The position numbers and the translations under genes are program-made. From Marsupella aquatica (lineage: Eukaryota > Plantae > Marchantiophyta), in NCBI GenBank assembly GCA_973895155.1, contig OZ316898.1, forward strand, positions 14,290,330 through 14,354,329: a DNA stretch of 64,000 nucleotides. The letters are read 5' to 3'. Below are positions 11,472-21,386 of this stretch, one piece after another; position 1 is the stretch's first letter; every line of letters begins with the position of its first letter. The notes beneath the pieces are model-generated. The model made no database searches, was not told the origin of the DNA, and saw only the letters and a program-made list of their open reading frames with translations.

Positions 11472-14400
11472 TCACGACACCGGTGGTGGATCCTTAATGG
11501 ACGCCCCCAACGCTTCCTCCTCAGCCACTGCCGTAGGTTCATTCTCTGACAGATTACCTGCACTTGACTGAGTCAACTCTCCATCGGCCTGACTGGGTCC
11601 ACCTTCGGCTTCAGCCTCGACACCGGCCTCGGCAATACCCACGGCTTCGGCCTCCCCTTCCCCTAGGGTAGTTGGATCCCTAGCCGTGACCCTGTCTGGG
11701 GTCGGTGCTGGGTCTACCTCCTTGATCACCACGGCCTGTGAAGTCGTATTACTCCTTGACCCTGAAGGTTTCCGCTTCTTCTTCGTTGGTGGCTCGGCAG
11801 CTGGTCCCTTCCCCTTCCCACTTACTTTCGGCACTGGTGCAGGTGGCGCGGCTTGTCCTTCGGCAATTACCACCCCTGGTAACTGGTTTGTCCCAACAGG
11901 AGATGGACCTGCTGCAGCTAAGCATTTAAATACTGCGGCTTGTTTCTTTAGCCGCTCTGTTTGGTTGTCGGCCCGCCGCTGTAGGTTCTCCATCTTCCTC
12001 GTGATTTCCTCCAACTCCTCTTGGGTTTCATCCAGGTCCTTACGTGCCCCCTCCAGCTCGTTTTTGGCCTCCTCCTGCTCCCTGTGGGCTTCCTCCAATT
12101 CCTTCTTCAAGGTAGCCCTCTCCTCCTGGGTTGCTCTTAGCTCCTTGTCGAGCTCTGCAATGATGACAGACTCCATCTGGTTCATCTTGGCGTAAGTCTG
12201 TTCGAGCATCTCGTCCTTCTCCCTTAGGTCGGCCTTGAAGCTGGCCGTCAGGGACGCAAGCTCCTGCTGCAGTGCCATAATCCCTTGATAGGATTTCCCT
12301 AACTCGACCTCCTTTTGCTCAAGGGCTCCGCGGATTTTCTCGAGCTCCCCTTTCAACGCCCATTCCTTTCTTTGGGTCTCCGCCATGGCCCGGCTGTTGG
12401 CTGTTATGTGGGCCTCCTCTGTATTCTTCAGCTCTTGCTTCCACTTCTCCCTCTCTTTGATCATGTCGGCCAACTCTTCCTGCGTCTGAGTCAGTTTATC
12501 CTTGATATTCTGATTATCAGCCTGCGCGGTGTCCAACTGCCCCTGCATGATGTTCAGCTCATGTCGTTTAATCCGCAGTTCATCTTGGGCTTTCTTGGCC
12601 GCCCTTAGATCTTCAATCTCGGCTTCCATCCTCCTAAGCCGCCGAATGACCTCGTCCTTCTTGCTTCTCTCTAAAGCCACCGCTTCTTCTAATTGGTGCT
12701 TCTCCAACTGCTCCCTATGGAAAAAGGGTCCTACCTCCAATTCCTCTCCAAAGATGCCGAGCGCAAGTTCCCCACACATCTCACCATACTCCATGGCTCT
12801 ATTCTTAGCGTAGGTGGAGTAAGTAGAAGTGATCGGCATCGCCCATCGTGGCCTCTGCTCCCAAGCCGTCCTGCGGATCTCTTCAATCGTGGCTAGAGGT
12901 TTGCTTCCTTTTTCGGCTAGCCGCCTGATGTCCTCCGGCCAATCTCCTCCTGGTAAATCCTTTTCCTTAGCCAGGGCGGCCTCCTCCTCCTGCTTGATTC
13001 GCTCCTGAAATTCCTGCACCGTCTGTTTTATGCCGTCGAAGCTCGGGGGAGCAACATCTGGTGGGGGAGACTCAGGGCTACTCTGTTGGTTGGGGTCCCC
13101 TCGCACTACCCTTGGAAGTGTGGGGACAAACTGGCCACAGGTCCTTACTCCTGGAACGTGATGGTCCAACCCATAGCCGGAATTATCATGGCTGCAGTCC
13201 TCCACTGCCTCCTCTACCTCTTGGACGTCCGGCTTCTCCCTCTCCTCTTCGTCGGTAGGAGCTTCAGGCAATTCTGCCTCAGATTCGGAGCTTGAGGTTC
13301 CCACGTACATTCGAACACCTGGCTTGGATTCCGGCCTGATTCTCTCCTTGTCTCCAGCAAAGGGGTTTTCTCTTGTGAGCCGGTGTAGGCCTACCTCTGT
13401 AGTAGTGTCCTGCATTGTTGCCATTGCCGTTGTTGTTGCCGATGCCGATTTCTTTTCTTTCTCCAGTAGTTTCAGCAGACTCTGCATGCCTGGTTGTTGC
13501 ATCGGCAAGTCTTCCTTCCTGGGCCTAAACACCTGCTCGATCGTAGGACTAACAGGTGGTTGAGGCTTCTCAGCCAACGGCCTCGGCGTTGGAGCTTCCT
13601 CGGGTGCCCTTACCTGCAGGGGAAGTACCGGGGCAAAAGTCTGACCTCTGGCATACCGGCACAACAGCGGCATGTGATAGCCAAGCCGCGACACGCTCCC
13701 CATGCCGATTACCTGCTGCTCCTCCTTTAAGATCTTCTTCAATTGGTTGAGGAGGTACCCGTTGTAGTCCCGGCTTGGGTCTGGCCTTTCTGCCAGATAG
13801 ACCTGTGCCTTGCCGATCTCTGCCCTCGGCAAGTTACAATGCATGGTCACCCGCAAGAAGTCGATTATCTCTCCTATGTGCGGGTTGGTGCAGGTGTTCC
13901 GGAAGAAGCCATTCTTCGTTGATGGCCCGGGGAACGACCGGAACTCCTTGTCAGGCAAGGTCTTCCTGGTATCAACTTTGGTCTTATTGCCTATCGGCAA
14001 GCCAAACACTTCGGCAATTACCTTGGGAGTAAGATAGAAATCATTCCCATATATCCTCGTGCAATTGGTCTCGGGTTCCCATGACCCCACGAATTCTAAT
14101 AGGTCTGACTCCGGTACCTCCGGCTTCAGCCATGGTAATCTTACAAAGGCCTCCAAGCCGGATCCGGCCATGAAGCCTTGGTACTTCTTGGTCTGCATGG
14201 CCGTAAAGCATGCATCCTCCTCCCGTGCAAAATGTAGTTGCACCTCCACCGGTAGGGTTGCCGCCCAGCCCTTCCAGGTGTCATCCCTGGTTGGAATGGC
14301 CTTGATGGGATCGACCTCCTCCTCTTCGGCTTCTCCCTGCCTCCTGCTCTGCTGCTCGGCTGGCCTCTTTGGTGCCGCCAACCTCGTTCTTTTTGCCGGG

Positions 14401-14789
14401 GTGGCTTCATCGTTGACGGCCCCCTTCCTCTTCATCTCTGCTGCCGTGGAGGTTTCTCCTAGCACCATTGCTTGGGTCCACCTTTCCGTGCTACCCTTTA
14501 ATTCCCAGTGTATGTCGTTGCAGTTCTTGATGGCCTCTCGGATGCCGACGACGCTGTCTTTGCAAAACAGAAGATCGTCGAGTTGATTGGAAGTAGGCGT
14601 CCACAGGAACTCGTCCTTGATGAGTTCGCCTCCTAAGAAAGCCGTCTTCTGCAGCTCCCACAATCGAGCGAGCTCTTGCCGTTCTCGAGCTGCCCTTTCT
14701 GACTCCTCGTCCTCGTAAGTCTTGATGTACTCAGTTGCCCATTCGAACAGGCATCCCCAGAAATGTGCCGCTTGATTGACGTTGCTCAT
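11472..14789 (-). CDS. LTR-encoded accessory protein, 1105 aa (consensus 1191 aa from ATG 15047): PMD/Transposase_32-like domain + long coiled coil + low-complexity tail
   Basis: Uninterrupted ORF inside the LTR. Motif GLEAFVRLPW..LLEFVGSWEPETNCTRIYGNDFYLTPKVIAEVFGLPIG; ~270-aa E/K-rich heptad region. The N-terminal extension is blocked here by TGA at 14871-14873 but is open in the other copies. Confidence 0.85.
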   Translation of the reverse strand: MSNVNQAAHFWGCLFEWATEYIKTYEDEESERAARERQELARLWELQKTAFLGGELIKDEFLWTPTSNQLDDLLFCKDSVVGIREAIKNCNDIHWELKGSTERWTQAMVLGETSTAAEMKRKGAVNDEATPAKRTRLAAPKRPAEQQSRRQGEAEEEEVDPIKAIPTRDDTWKGWAATLPVEVQLHFAREEDACFTAMQTKKYQGFMAGSGLEAFVRLPWLKPEVPESDLLEFVGSWEPETNCTRIYGNDFYLTPKVIAEVFGLPIGNKTKVDTRKTLPDKEFRSFPGPSTKNGFFRNTCTNPHIGEIIDFLRVTMHCNLPRAEIGKAQVYLAERPDPSRDYNGYLLNQLKKILKEEQQVIGMGSVSRLGYHMPLLCRYARGQTFAPVLPLQVRAPEEAPTPRPLAEKPQPPVSPTIEQVFRPRKEDLPMQQPGMQSLLKLLEKEKKSASATTTAMATMQDTTTEVGLHRLTRENPFAGDKERIRPESKPGVRMYVGTSSSESEAELPEAPTDEEEREKPDVQEVEEAVEDCSHDNSGYGLDHHVPGVRTCGQFVPTLPRVVRGDPNQQSSPESPPPDVAPPSFDGIKQTVQEFQERIKQEEEAALAKEKDLPGGDWPEDIRRLAEKGSKPLATIEEIRRTAWEQRPRWAMPITSTYSTYAKNRAMEYGEMCGELALGIFGEELEVGPFFHREQLEKHQLEEAVALERSKKDEVIRRLRRMEAEIEDLRAAKKAQDELRIKRHELNIMQGQLDTAQADNQNIKDKLTQTQEELADMIKEREKWKQELKNTEEAHITANSRAMAETQRKEWALKGELEKIRGALEQKEVELGKSYQGIMALQQELASLTASFKADLREKDEMLEQTYAKMNQMESVIIAELDKELRATQEERATLKKELEEAHREQEEAKNELEGARKDLDETQEELEEITRKMENLQRRADNQTERLKKQAAVFKCLAAAGPSPVGTNQLPGVVIAEGQAAPPAPVPKVSGKGKGPAAEPPTKKKRKPSGSRSNTTSQAVVIKEVDPAPTPDRVTARDPTTLGEGEAEAVGIAEAGVEAEAEGGPSQADGELTQSSAGNLSENEPTAVAEEEALGASIKDPPPVS

Positions 14790-15162
14790 ACCCTCCTTAG
14801 GTCGATCGTCGGTATCTATTCTCTCCCCGAGTGCTTGCCTAAGCAGCTGACAGTAGTTGGCCTCCCGTAGTCATCTGCCTAGTTCGTGCTCGCAAATGAG
14901 CCACCATCTCCTGCAAGCGCTCCTTACCCCTCTCCTCTGCCGGTCCTTCTTCCCGTTGATCCTTCCTAGCCGCCGACGCTTAACGCGCCCTAACCCTAAT
15001 CGGGTTTTCACCCTCAGCCTTACCTCCGGCCTCTGCCCGGGTTCCATGGTTGCCCCTAATTGTTTATATTTTCCTTGTTTTGTCCGTATACTAAGGTGTT
15101 CCTAGGGTGCCTTCCTGCTTTACCCACTTAACCGGCCGAGTGATTCCTGTCTAGGCATCACA

Positions 15163-15175
15163 TAGCTCCCCACTT
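15163..15175 (-). other. Polypurine tract (AAGTGGGGAGCTA)
   Basis: Purine-rich run abutting the TG of the 3' LTR. It lies inside the integrase reading frame, whose stop codon (15151-15153) falls within the LTR. Confidence 0.75.
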
Positions 15176-18100
15176 AATTGTGAAGCGTCCTCGCGAAGAA
15201 CTTCATCTTCGTCCATATAGTATTCCTTGAGGCGGTCATAATGGATGCGAACTGGATATACCTCTCCCGTAATGTTGGCCAATTGTACGGAGCCATTGGG
15301 GAACATCATGGTTACTCTAAAGGGTCCTAACCAGCAAGTGTAAAGCTTTCCTGGAAACCTACTATACCTACTGTCATAAAGTAGCACAAGATCACCGGTA
15401 TGAATACTAACTACTTTTAACCTTTTATCATACTGCTGCTTCATGATATTCTGTCTATATTCTACTCTCTCGGCTGAAATCATTCTCGCTTCCTCTAAAG
15501 CTTCTAACCTATATTCTCGCTCCTTTAGGCTCTCCTCCGCTGAGGCTCTTTCCTCAATTGTAACTTGAAATGTCGGTATCTCAAGTTGCATGGGTACCAG
15601 GGCTTCTTGTCCAAAGGTTAAGAAGAAGGGTGTATGACCGGTAGTGGATTTATAGGCAAGATTGTAAGCAAAAACAGCAGCAAACAATTTATCATCCCAA
15701 TCGAGTTTGTTCTGAGCTACTGTCTTGTTCAATATCTTTCCTATGATTCCGTTTGCTCGTTCTGTCAACCCGTTTGCCTTTGGATGGTAGGGAGTAGTAG
15801 GCCTATGTTTAACTAAATACTGCTCATTTAAACGACTAATTATATCATTCAAAAAATGGGTTCCTCTATCACTAACTAATTCTAGGGGTGCTCCATACCT
15901 GGTGAAGATCTGCTCATACATGAATCTAGCCGTAGTAATTGCATCATCCTTCGTTGTTGGTCTGGCCTCTACCCATTTAGTTGCATAATCCGTAGCCAGG
16001 ATTATGTACTTGTTCCGTCGAGGGTGGGTCAGTGGTTTCAAAGGTCCAATGTAATCAATACCCCACTTCTCGAATGGTGCCAGAGGTAGAATAGGGTGCA
16101 GTGGATGCCAGGTGGACGCCCTTGGTCCTCCCGCTCGTTGACAAGGATCACATTGTTTGATAAACTGATAGACATCTTTGTGCAAGGTGGGCCACCAGTA
16201 ACCGACATTTAATATCTTCTTAGACGTGGTTACTGGGGCAAAATGTCCTCCGGCCTCCTCTCCATGCATGGCCCGTAGGACTCGTTTTACCTCTCTCTTT
16301 CCCAAACATCTTTGAATCGTGCCGTTGATTCCATGCTTGTGCAGTATGCCTTTAATGCACTGATACTGTCTGACCTTCCGCACAAAGACTGCGGCTTGCT
16401 CTCGGCTTAATCCTGGCTGTAATCTGGAAGTGCTGAGAAATTGTAAAATCTCAGGGTACCATGTACCAGCTATTTCCACAACGAATAGCTCCTCGTCGGG
16501 GAATCGATCATCGATGCAATCCGTGGCAGGTTTACCTGTGATCCTTGAAAAGAAGTCGGCATTGGCATGTAACTTTCCCGGCTTGATCCTCAGCTCATAG
16601 TCAAACTCCTGTAATAGCAAAATCCATCTTGCTACTCTGCCTGTAAGGTCCGGCTTATTGACTAGGTACTTCAAACTTTCATGATCAGTATGAAAGATTA
16701 CCTTGTACCCTAGTAAATAATGCCTAAACTTTTTACAAGAATAAATGACTCCTAATGCTTCTCTTTCCGTGGGAGAGTAGTTCCGTTCGGCATCGGCAAG
16801 CTGACGGCTTGCGAAGTATATGGGATGGTCCCTTCCTTTCTCATCCAACTGACTTAGTACTGAGCCAATACAGAAGCCCGAGACATCTACAAAAACATGA
16901 AAATCTTTGTTCCAGTCCGGTGCTATCATGACTGGGGCCTCTACTAACATCTACTTCAATTCTACCACCGTTGTGACTCGTTCGGGTGTGGGTTCGAAGT
17001 CTGCTCCTGCCTTGAGCATATTGGTTAATGGTAAAGCCAGCTTGGCAAAATCCTTGATGAACCGGCGATAGTAACCAATGCATCCCAAGAAGGATCTTAC
17101 ATCCTTTATGTTCTTAGGTTGCATGATATCTAGCCATACTGCTAGCTTACCTTTGTCAATCTCAATGCCCTTCCTTGATACCTTGTGACCTAGTAGCACC
17201 CCCTCGGTTACTGCAAAAAAACATTTATCTGGGTGTAACTTGAGACCCACCTCTCTACATCTCATGAAGGTTTTCCTGAGGTATTTAGCATGTTTCGATG
17301 CCTTCCCGAATACTACAAAGTCATCAATGAAGATTTCCATGAACTTTCTCAAGTAATCATGAAAAATGTTCACCATTAATCGTTGGAACATAGCTGGTGC
17401 GTTGCAGAGTCCAAACGGCATACGATTGAAGACATAGATCCCCCATTCCGTGATGAAGGCCGTCTTGATTTGGTCTTCCTGCCGAATCCTGATTTGGTTA
17501 TAACCAGAGTATCCATCCATGAATGAATATAGTTCATGACTGGCTACCATGTCTAGTACCATATCAGTAAACGGTAAAGGAAAATGGTCTTTTAATGTTG
17601 CTTCATTCAGCTTCCTGTAATCCTGACAAACCCGGATCTTGGGTTTACCATCGGGTCCAGCTTTATTGGGAACTATCACAATTGGAGACACCCAGTCTGA
17701 ATGCAGGACTGGAGTGATGAATCCAGCTTCCACTAGTTTGTCGATTTCTGTTTTGACCAGCAGGGAATACTTCGGGTTCATCCTTCGAATTGGTTGTTGA
17801 AATGATTTGGCTCCTAACATGAGATCAATTCGATGTTCCCCTAGTGTTGGATCTACTCCCTTTAGATCTTGGTGACTCCATGCAAACACATCCTGAAATT
17901 CAATCAATAAGTCACTGATCTCTTTCTCGAGCTCAGGTGCTAGGTTTCTCCCTAAGTTCAGTTCTCTTCCCTCTCCTAAGTCGAGCTTCCAATATTGCCG
18001 TGCTTGGATCATATTAATCTGCTTCTTCAAATTCGGGTCCAGTTCGGCTTCCAGTCTCTCTAATCTCATACCTCCATAAACTGGGATCTCGGCTGGACTA

Positions 18101-18323
18101 GCCGAGTCGGTCCCTTCCTTGGTGTCCATAGATTGTCCCCTTACCGGTCTATTCGGTTTTGAATTAGTGGTCGGCTCCCCTTCCTGCCTTGGCTCTGGAT
18201 CATGTCTGTCCATCTCATCCACTTCTTGCTCCTGAGAGTTAGGCCGCTGTGCTCTCTCGGCTTCTAATAGGGCCTCAATTTGTTCTGCCCTCGTAATCGG
18301 CTTGTATGCCGATCCCTTGGTAT

Positions 18324-21317
18324 TTAATTCCTTGCCGATGATCGATGGCGTTGTGGACCCCGTCGGCTCTGCCACAACGCCTGCAGAAAATCCACTGTCC
18401 CTGCTACTGCTCCCCACTTAGCCGTTTCATCCAATTGGTCTACATCCTTTACTTCCTCCGGAATTGCAGCTAAAAAGGTGGATTCTATTGTAAAGCAGTC
18501 CTCGACCTCTTCGTCTTCTTCTTCCAAGTCACCTTCCATTGGTTCTTGCCATAATCCGCTGGGGGGTACCTCTGGTCCAAAGACACCTTCTTCGGTTAGG
18601 TTAGTGAGGCATTCTAACCAACGTACTTCATCGGCTGACTCCAGTCCACTGTCGTACCCATCTACTTCCCTTATGCTTTTCCTACGGTCATCCTTAGTGT
18701 CCCAGGATACCGTGATAGAGGGGGTCCCGAAAGTGAACTGCTTTTTACCCCAATCTTCTATTACCTCGGCTAGGTACAGCCATGGCCTACCAATCAATAG
18801 CCGGAATGACGTAGGATTTACCGGCTTCATTACTACATAGTTAATGCTAAAGAAGATACCTCCTATCTCTGTCTTGATGCCGGTTAACACTCCCGTCGGA
18901 ATGACCTGATATCCATTGGCCATGTTCAACACTCTTCCAGTCATCTCCGGTGTTAGACCCCACCCTTTTGCTGTTGAATCAATCATAATACATACCCCTG
19001 ATCCTCCATCGATGGGTACCCGTAGTAATAATTCTCCTTGAATCATTAATGGTAATGCTGGGGCTCCTTGATCTTCTTCTATCATTAGTACGTCGGATCT
19101 GGTTGCTACCTTGGGTAATCTCGGCTTGCCGAGAATAGCCTTCCTTAATTGCTTCCGGAAGTACGGGCTATTTTTCAATAGTTGACCTACTGTTGCCGAG
19201 ACTCTAGATTCTAGTACATCTTTAGCCAGGTCATAGGGAACAATCGGCTTCTCTTCTGGTGGTGTTTCCGTCTTGGATTCGGCCAGTTTTGCCACGCTAG
19301 TCTCCACAGCTGTTGGGTCTTCCGAAGCAAACAATGCTTTTGCTCGTTTTACATCCTTGGCAATGGCTTCGGTATTCTCCAGGGTTTCTAATTCTCTTAG
19401 TTGTTCCTTAACACTAGCCGTAACAGAGGGGTAGAACAACTTAGGATGATCTCGATTGAAGTCGCTATCTTGTGAAGGATTGGTTTCACTGGTGGGCTCA
19501 TGGCTTACCTGTATTGCCGGAGCCCTCCCTTCTCCTTCTGTTGATGTTGACGAAGAGTCGATCCTTTCCTCCGTAACCTTCCCTTTATTTTTGGCCAGCC
19601 CATCCCACCTTTCCTTCCTTCTGGTAGATCGAGTAGAGACCCGGTAGCAATCATGATCTAAATCCTCCTCTGAGAAGGTTGATAGGGCTTCGGCCTCATC
19701 ATCAGATGGTACGAACTCTGCCTCGGCATCCTCTTGCCATCCTAGTTCGATGTGGTTGATTTGAACTCCTCCGGGGGTAGTACCTGGCGGTAAGATCTTG
19801 ATCGGCAAAAGCTTATGATTTGCGGCCAGGCCTGCCAACCAAGTAGGACATTGCCCTAGCATATGACCTTCCTGTCGGCATCCCATACATAGCTGAGCTG
19901 GTTGTCCATCACCCTGTTTGCGTGCATTCGGGCATTCTCTAGCAAAATGGCAAGGTTGACCACAATTATAGCACGCCGCAAATCTTTGCACATTCGGCCT
20001 AGGAGGTACTGACGGGTTCTGAATAATCCGAGGATACATCTCTCCTGGATTGTTCCTTAACCCTGACCATAGAGATGCAGGTCTGTTGGATAGGTCTCGT
20101 GCTCCAGTCTCACTGATGCCAAAATCACTATCAGCGGCATCTCCCAAAAAGTACTCTACTTCTCCCTGACATGGTCTGATCTCGGCCACATGCCGAACAT
20201 GATTAGTATTAAGCTTAGGACACGCATCTTTATGGTGTCCGGTTTTATAACATAAGGCACACCATACAGAGCTATCCTCCTGTACTACCTTCTTCTTTGG
20301 TTTTACCTCTGCAATGATAGCCTTAAGTTGCTCGGTAAGGGCTACGATGTTATCTGGTGGCTTAGTCTCCATCTTGACTTTCGTCTTCCCTCTCCTTCTG
20401 CCCTTCCTTTTCCTAGTTTTTTCTTCTTCAGAACTAGAAGATGACTCACTCTTGCTACTCCCACTATCCGAGCTTGACTTATCACTTCTAGACTTCTTGG
20501 GATGTTTCTTCTTCTTATCTTTTTTCTTATGGGGTGATCCCTCCTCTGATGAGGAACTCTCAGACTTAAGCTGTTTCTTCCGGCTTGTGATATCTGCATT
20601 AATGTATAATTGAATATCCTTAATTGCTTCGGCTAAAGTCTCCGGGTTCTCCTTCCTAATTGCAAAACTCATCTTCTGTGGCAAAGCATTCACCAACCAT
20701 TGAAGTTGCATACCTTCAGATGCATTGGTCTTTGTACGTCTTACCAGTTTCTGAAAGCGTTGCAAGAACTTCCTGAAGGATTTGTTCTCCTTGAACCGAA
20801 GTTGTCCCAACTTCAGCACTGCTAGTTCTGAAGTTCCAATGGGTCGAAACTCCTTAACAAAGAGTGTTTTGAAGATATCCCAGATGGCTTGATCTTCCAC
20901 ATCTAATGCTCTGTACCAAGGCCTAGCCTCACCCTTGAACAGGCCGGGAAGAATCTGCATCTTGATGGCCGATTCTCCATTTGCTGCAGCGGTTCCCTCG
21001 AAATCATCCAACCATTCGTCCGGATCCTCATCTCCTCTCCCATGAAATGCCTTGTAATGTATACGCGACCGCTGGCTCAATCTGGTCCCTGGCCTCTCGT
21101 CTGGCCGTGCCTCTGGTTCCCCCATGTCGGTTGGAGACTCACTTCTCCTTACCGACTCTTCTTCTGGTATGTCTTCTTCGATGCCACTTCCAGTTTCGGA
21201 GCTACCAACTCTTTCTGCCCCTCTCAGTCGCTGTGTATCATGCCACCCGGCGAGCTGCTGCAGTCGAGCTCTCTCCCGTTGAATCACTCTTTCTTCCCTC
21301 GGCGTAAGGTCAGTCAT
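18324..21317 (-). CDS. gag: Gag-protease polyprotein, 997 aa
   Basis: Retrotrans_gag-like capsid (F.G..EDP.EWL..F, A..WY), three CCHC knuckles, aspartic protease (PIDGGSG..LLIGRPWL). Confidence 0.93.
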   Translation of the reverse strand: MTDLTPREERVIQRERARLQQLAGWHDTQRLRGAERVGSSETGSGIEEDIPEEESVRRSESPTDMGEPEARPDERPGTRLSQRSRIHYKAFHGRGDEDPDEWLDDFEGTAAANGESAIKMQILPGLFKGEARPWYRALDVEDQAIWDIFKTLFVKEFRPIGTSELAVLKLGQLRFKENKSFRKFLQRFQKLVRRTKTNASEGMQLQWLVNALPQKMSFAIRKENPETLAEAIKDIQLYINADITSRKKQLKSESSSSEEGSPHKKKDKKKKHPKKSRSDKSSSDSGSSKSESSSSSEEEKTRKRKGRRRGKTKVKMETKPPDNIVALTEQLKAIIAEVKPKKKVVQEDSSVWCALCYKTGHHKDACPKLNTNHVRHVAEIRPCQGEVEYFLGDAADSDFGISETGARDLSNRPASLWSGLRNNPGEMYPRIIQNPSVPPRPNVQRFAACYNCGQPCHFARECPNARKQGDGQPAQLCMGCRQEGHMLGQCPTWLAGLAANHKLLPIKILPPGTTPGGVQINHIELGWQEDAEAEFVPSDDEAEALSTFSEEDLDHDCYRVSTRSTRRKERWDGLAKNKGKVTEERIDSSSTSTEGEGRAPAIQVSHEPTSETNPSQDSDFNRDHPKLFYPSVTASVKEQLRELETLENTEAIAKDVKRAKALFASEDPTAVETSVAKLAESKTETPPEEKPIVPYDLAKDVLESRVSATVGQLLKNSPYFRKQLRKAILGKPRLPKVATRSDVLMIEEDQGAPALPLMIQGELLLRVPIDGGSGVCIMIDSTAKGWGLTPEMTGRVLNMANGYQVIPTGVLTGIKTEIGGIFFSINYVVMKPVNPTSFRLLIGRPWLYLAEVIEDWGKKQFTFGTPSITVSWDTKDDRRKSIREVDGYDSGLESADEVRWLECLTNLTEEGVFGPEVPPSGLWQEPMEGDLEEEDEEVEDCFTIESTFLAAIPEEVKDVDQLDETAKWGAVAGTVDFLQALWQSRRGPQRHRSSARN
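18334..18393 (-). promoter_or_regulatory. Putative -1 programmed ribosomal frameshift signal (G GAT TTT + stem-loop/pseudoknot)
   Basis: Heptamer at 18393-18387 in the gag frame, 5-nt spacer, then a perfect 10-bp stem GGCGTTGTGG/CCACAACGCC. Loop GCCGA can pair with downstream TCGGC. pol is in the -1 frame. Confidence 0.75.
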
Positions 21318-21363
21318 TACCTACGCTTCCGTTCTAACTTCATATCTCACGGCTTAAGAAATG

Positions 21364-21382
21364 CCCCCTCCATCTAGCGCCA
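21364..21382 (-). other. Primer-binding site TGGCGCTAGATGGAGGGGG
   Basis: Starts with TGG 4 nt (TTTT) after the CA end of the 5' LTR. The cognate primer was not identified. Confidence 0.75.
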
Positions 21383-21386
21383 AAAA

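Larger units (their letters stand above)
10563..15162 (-). repeat. 3' LTR (4600 bp)
   Basis: Near-identical to 21387-25509, 30478-35116 and the reverse complement of 38404-43006. On the minus strand it begins TGTGATGCC directly after the PPT. Confidence 0.97.
15151..18417 (-). pseudogene. pol: pol: reverse transcriptase, RNase H, integrase; one in-frame TAG at 16951-16953
   Basis: RT motifs (DYRKLN, MDGYSGYNQI, MPFGLCNAP, FIDDF); RNase H (VFVDVSG, EREALG, TDH, NADFFSR); integrase (GGHF..CDPC, WGIDYIGP, SDRGTHF, NGLTER). Confidence 0.95.

Noticed and set aside
11472-14789. Host SMC/myosin-like gene or retroviral env
   Set aside because: It lies wholly within TSD-bounded LTRs, has no Walker motifs, and shows no evident signal peptide or transmembrane segment.
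11232-15105. Many short antisense ORFs repeated in each LTR
   Set aside because: Shadow frames of the long GC-rich ORF; their recurrence reflects LTR identity only.
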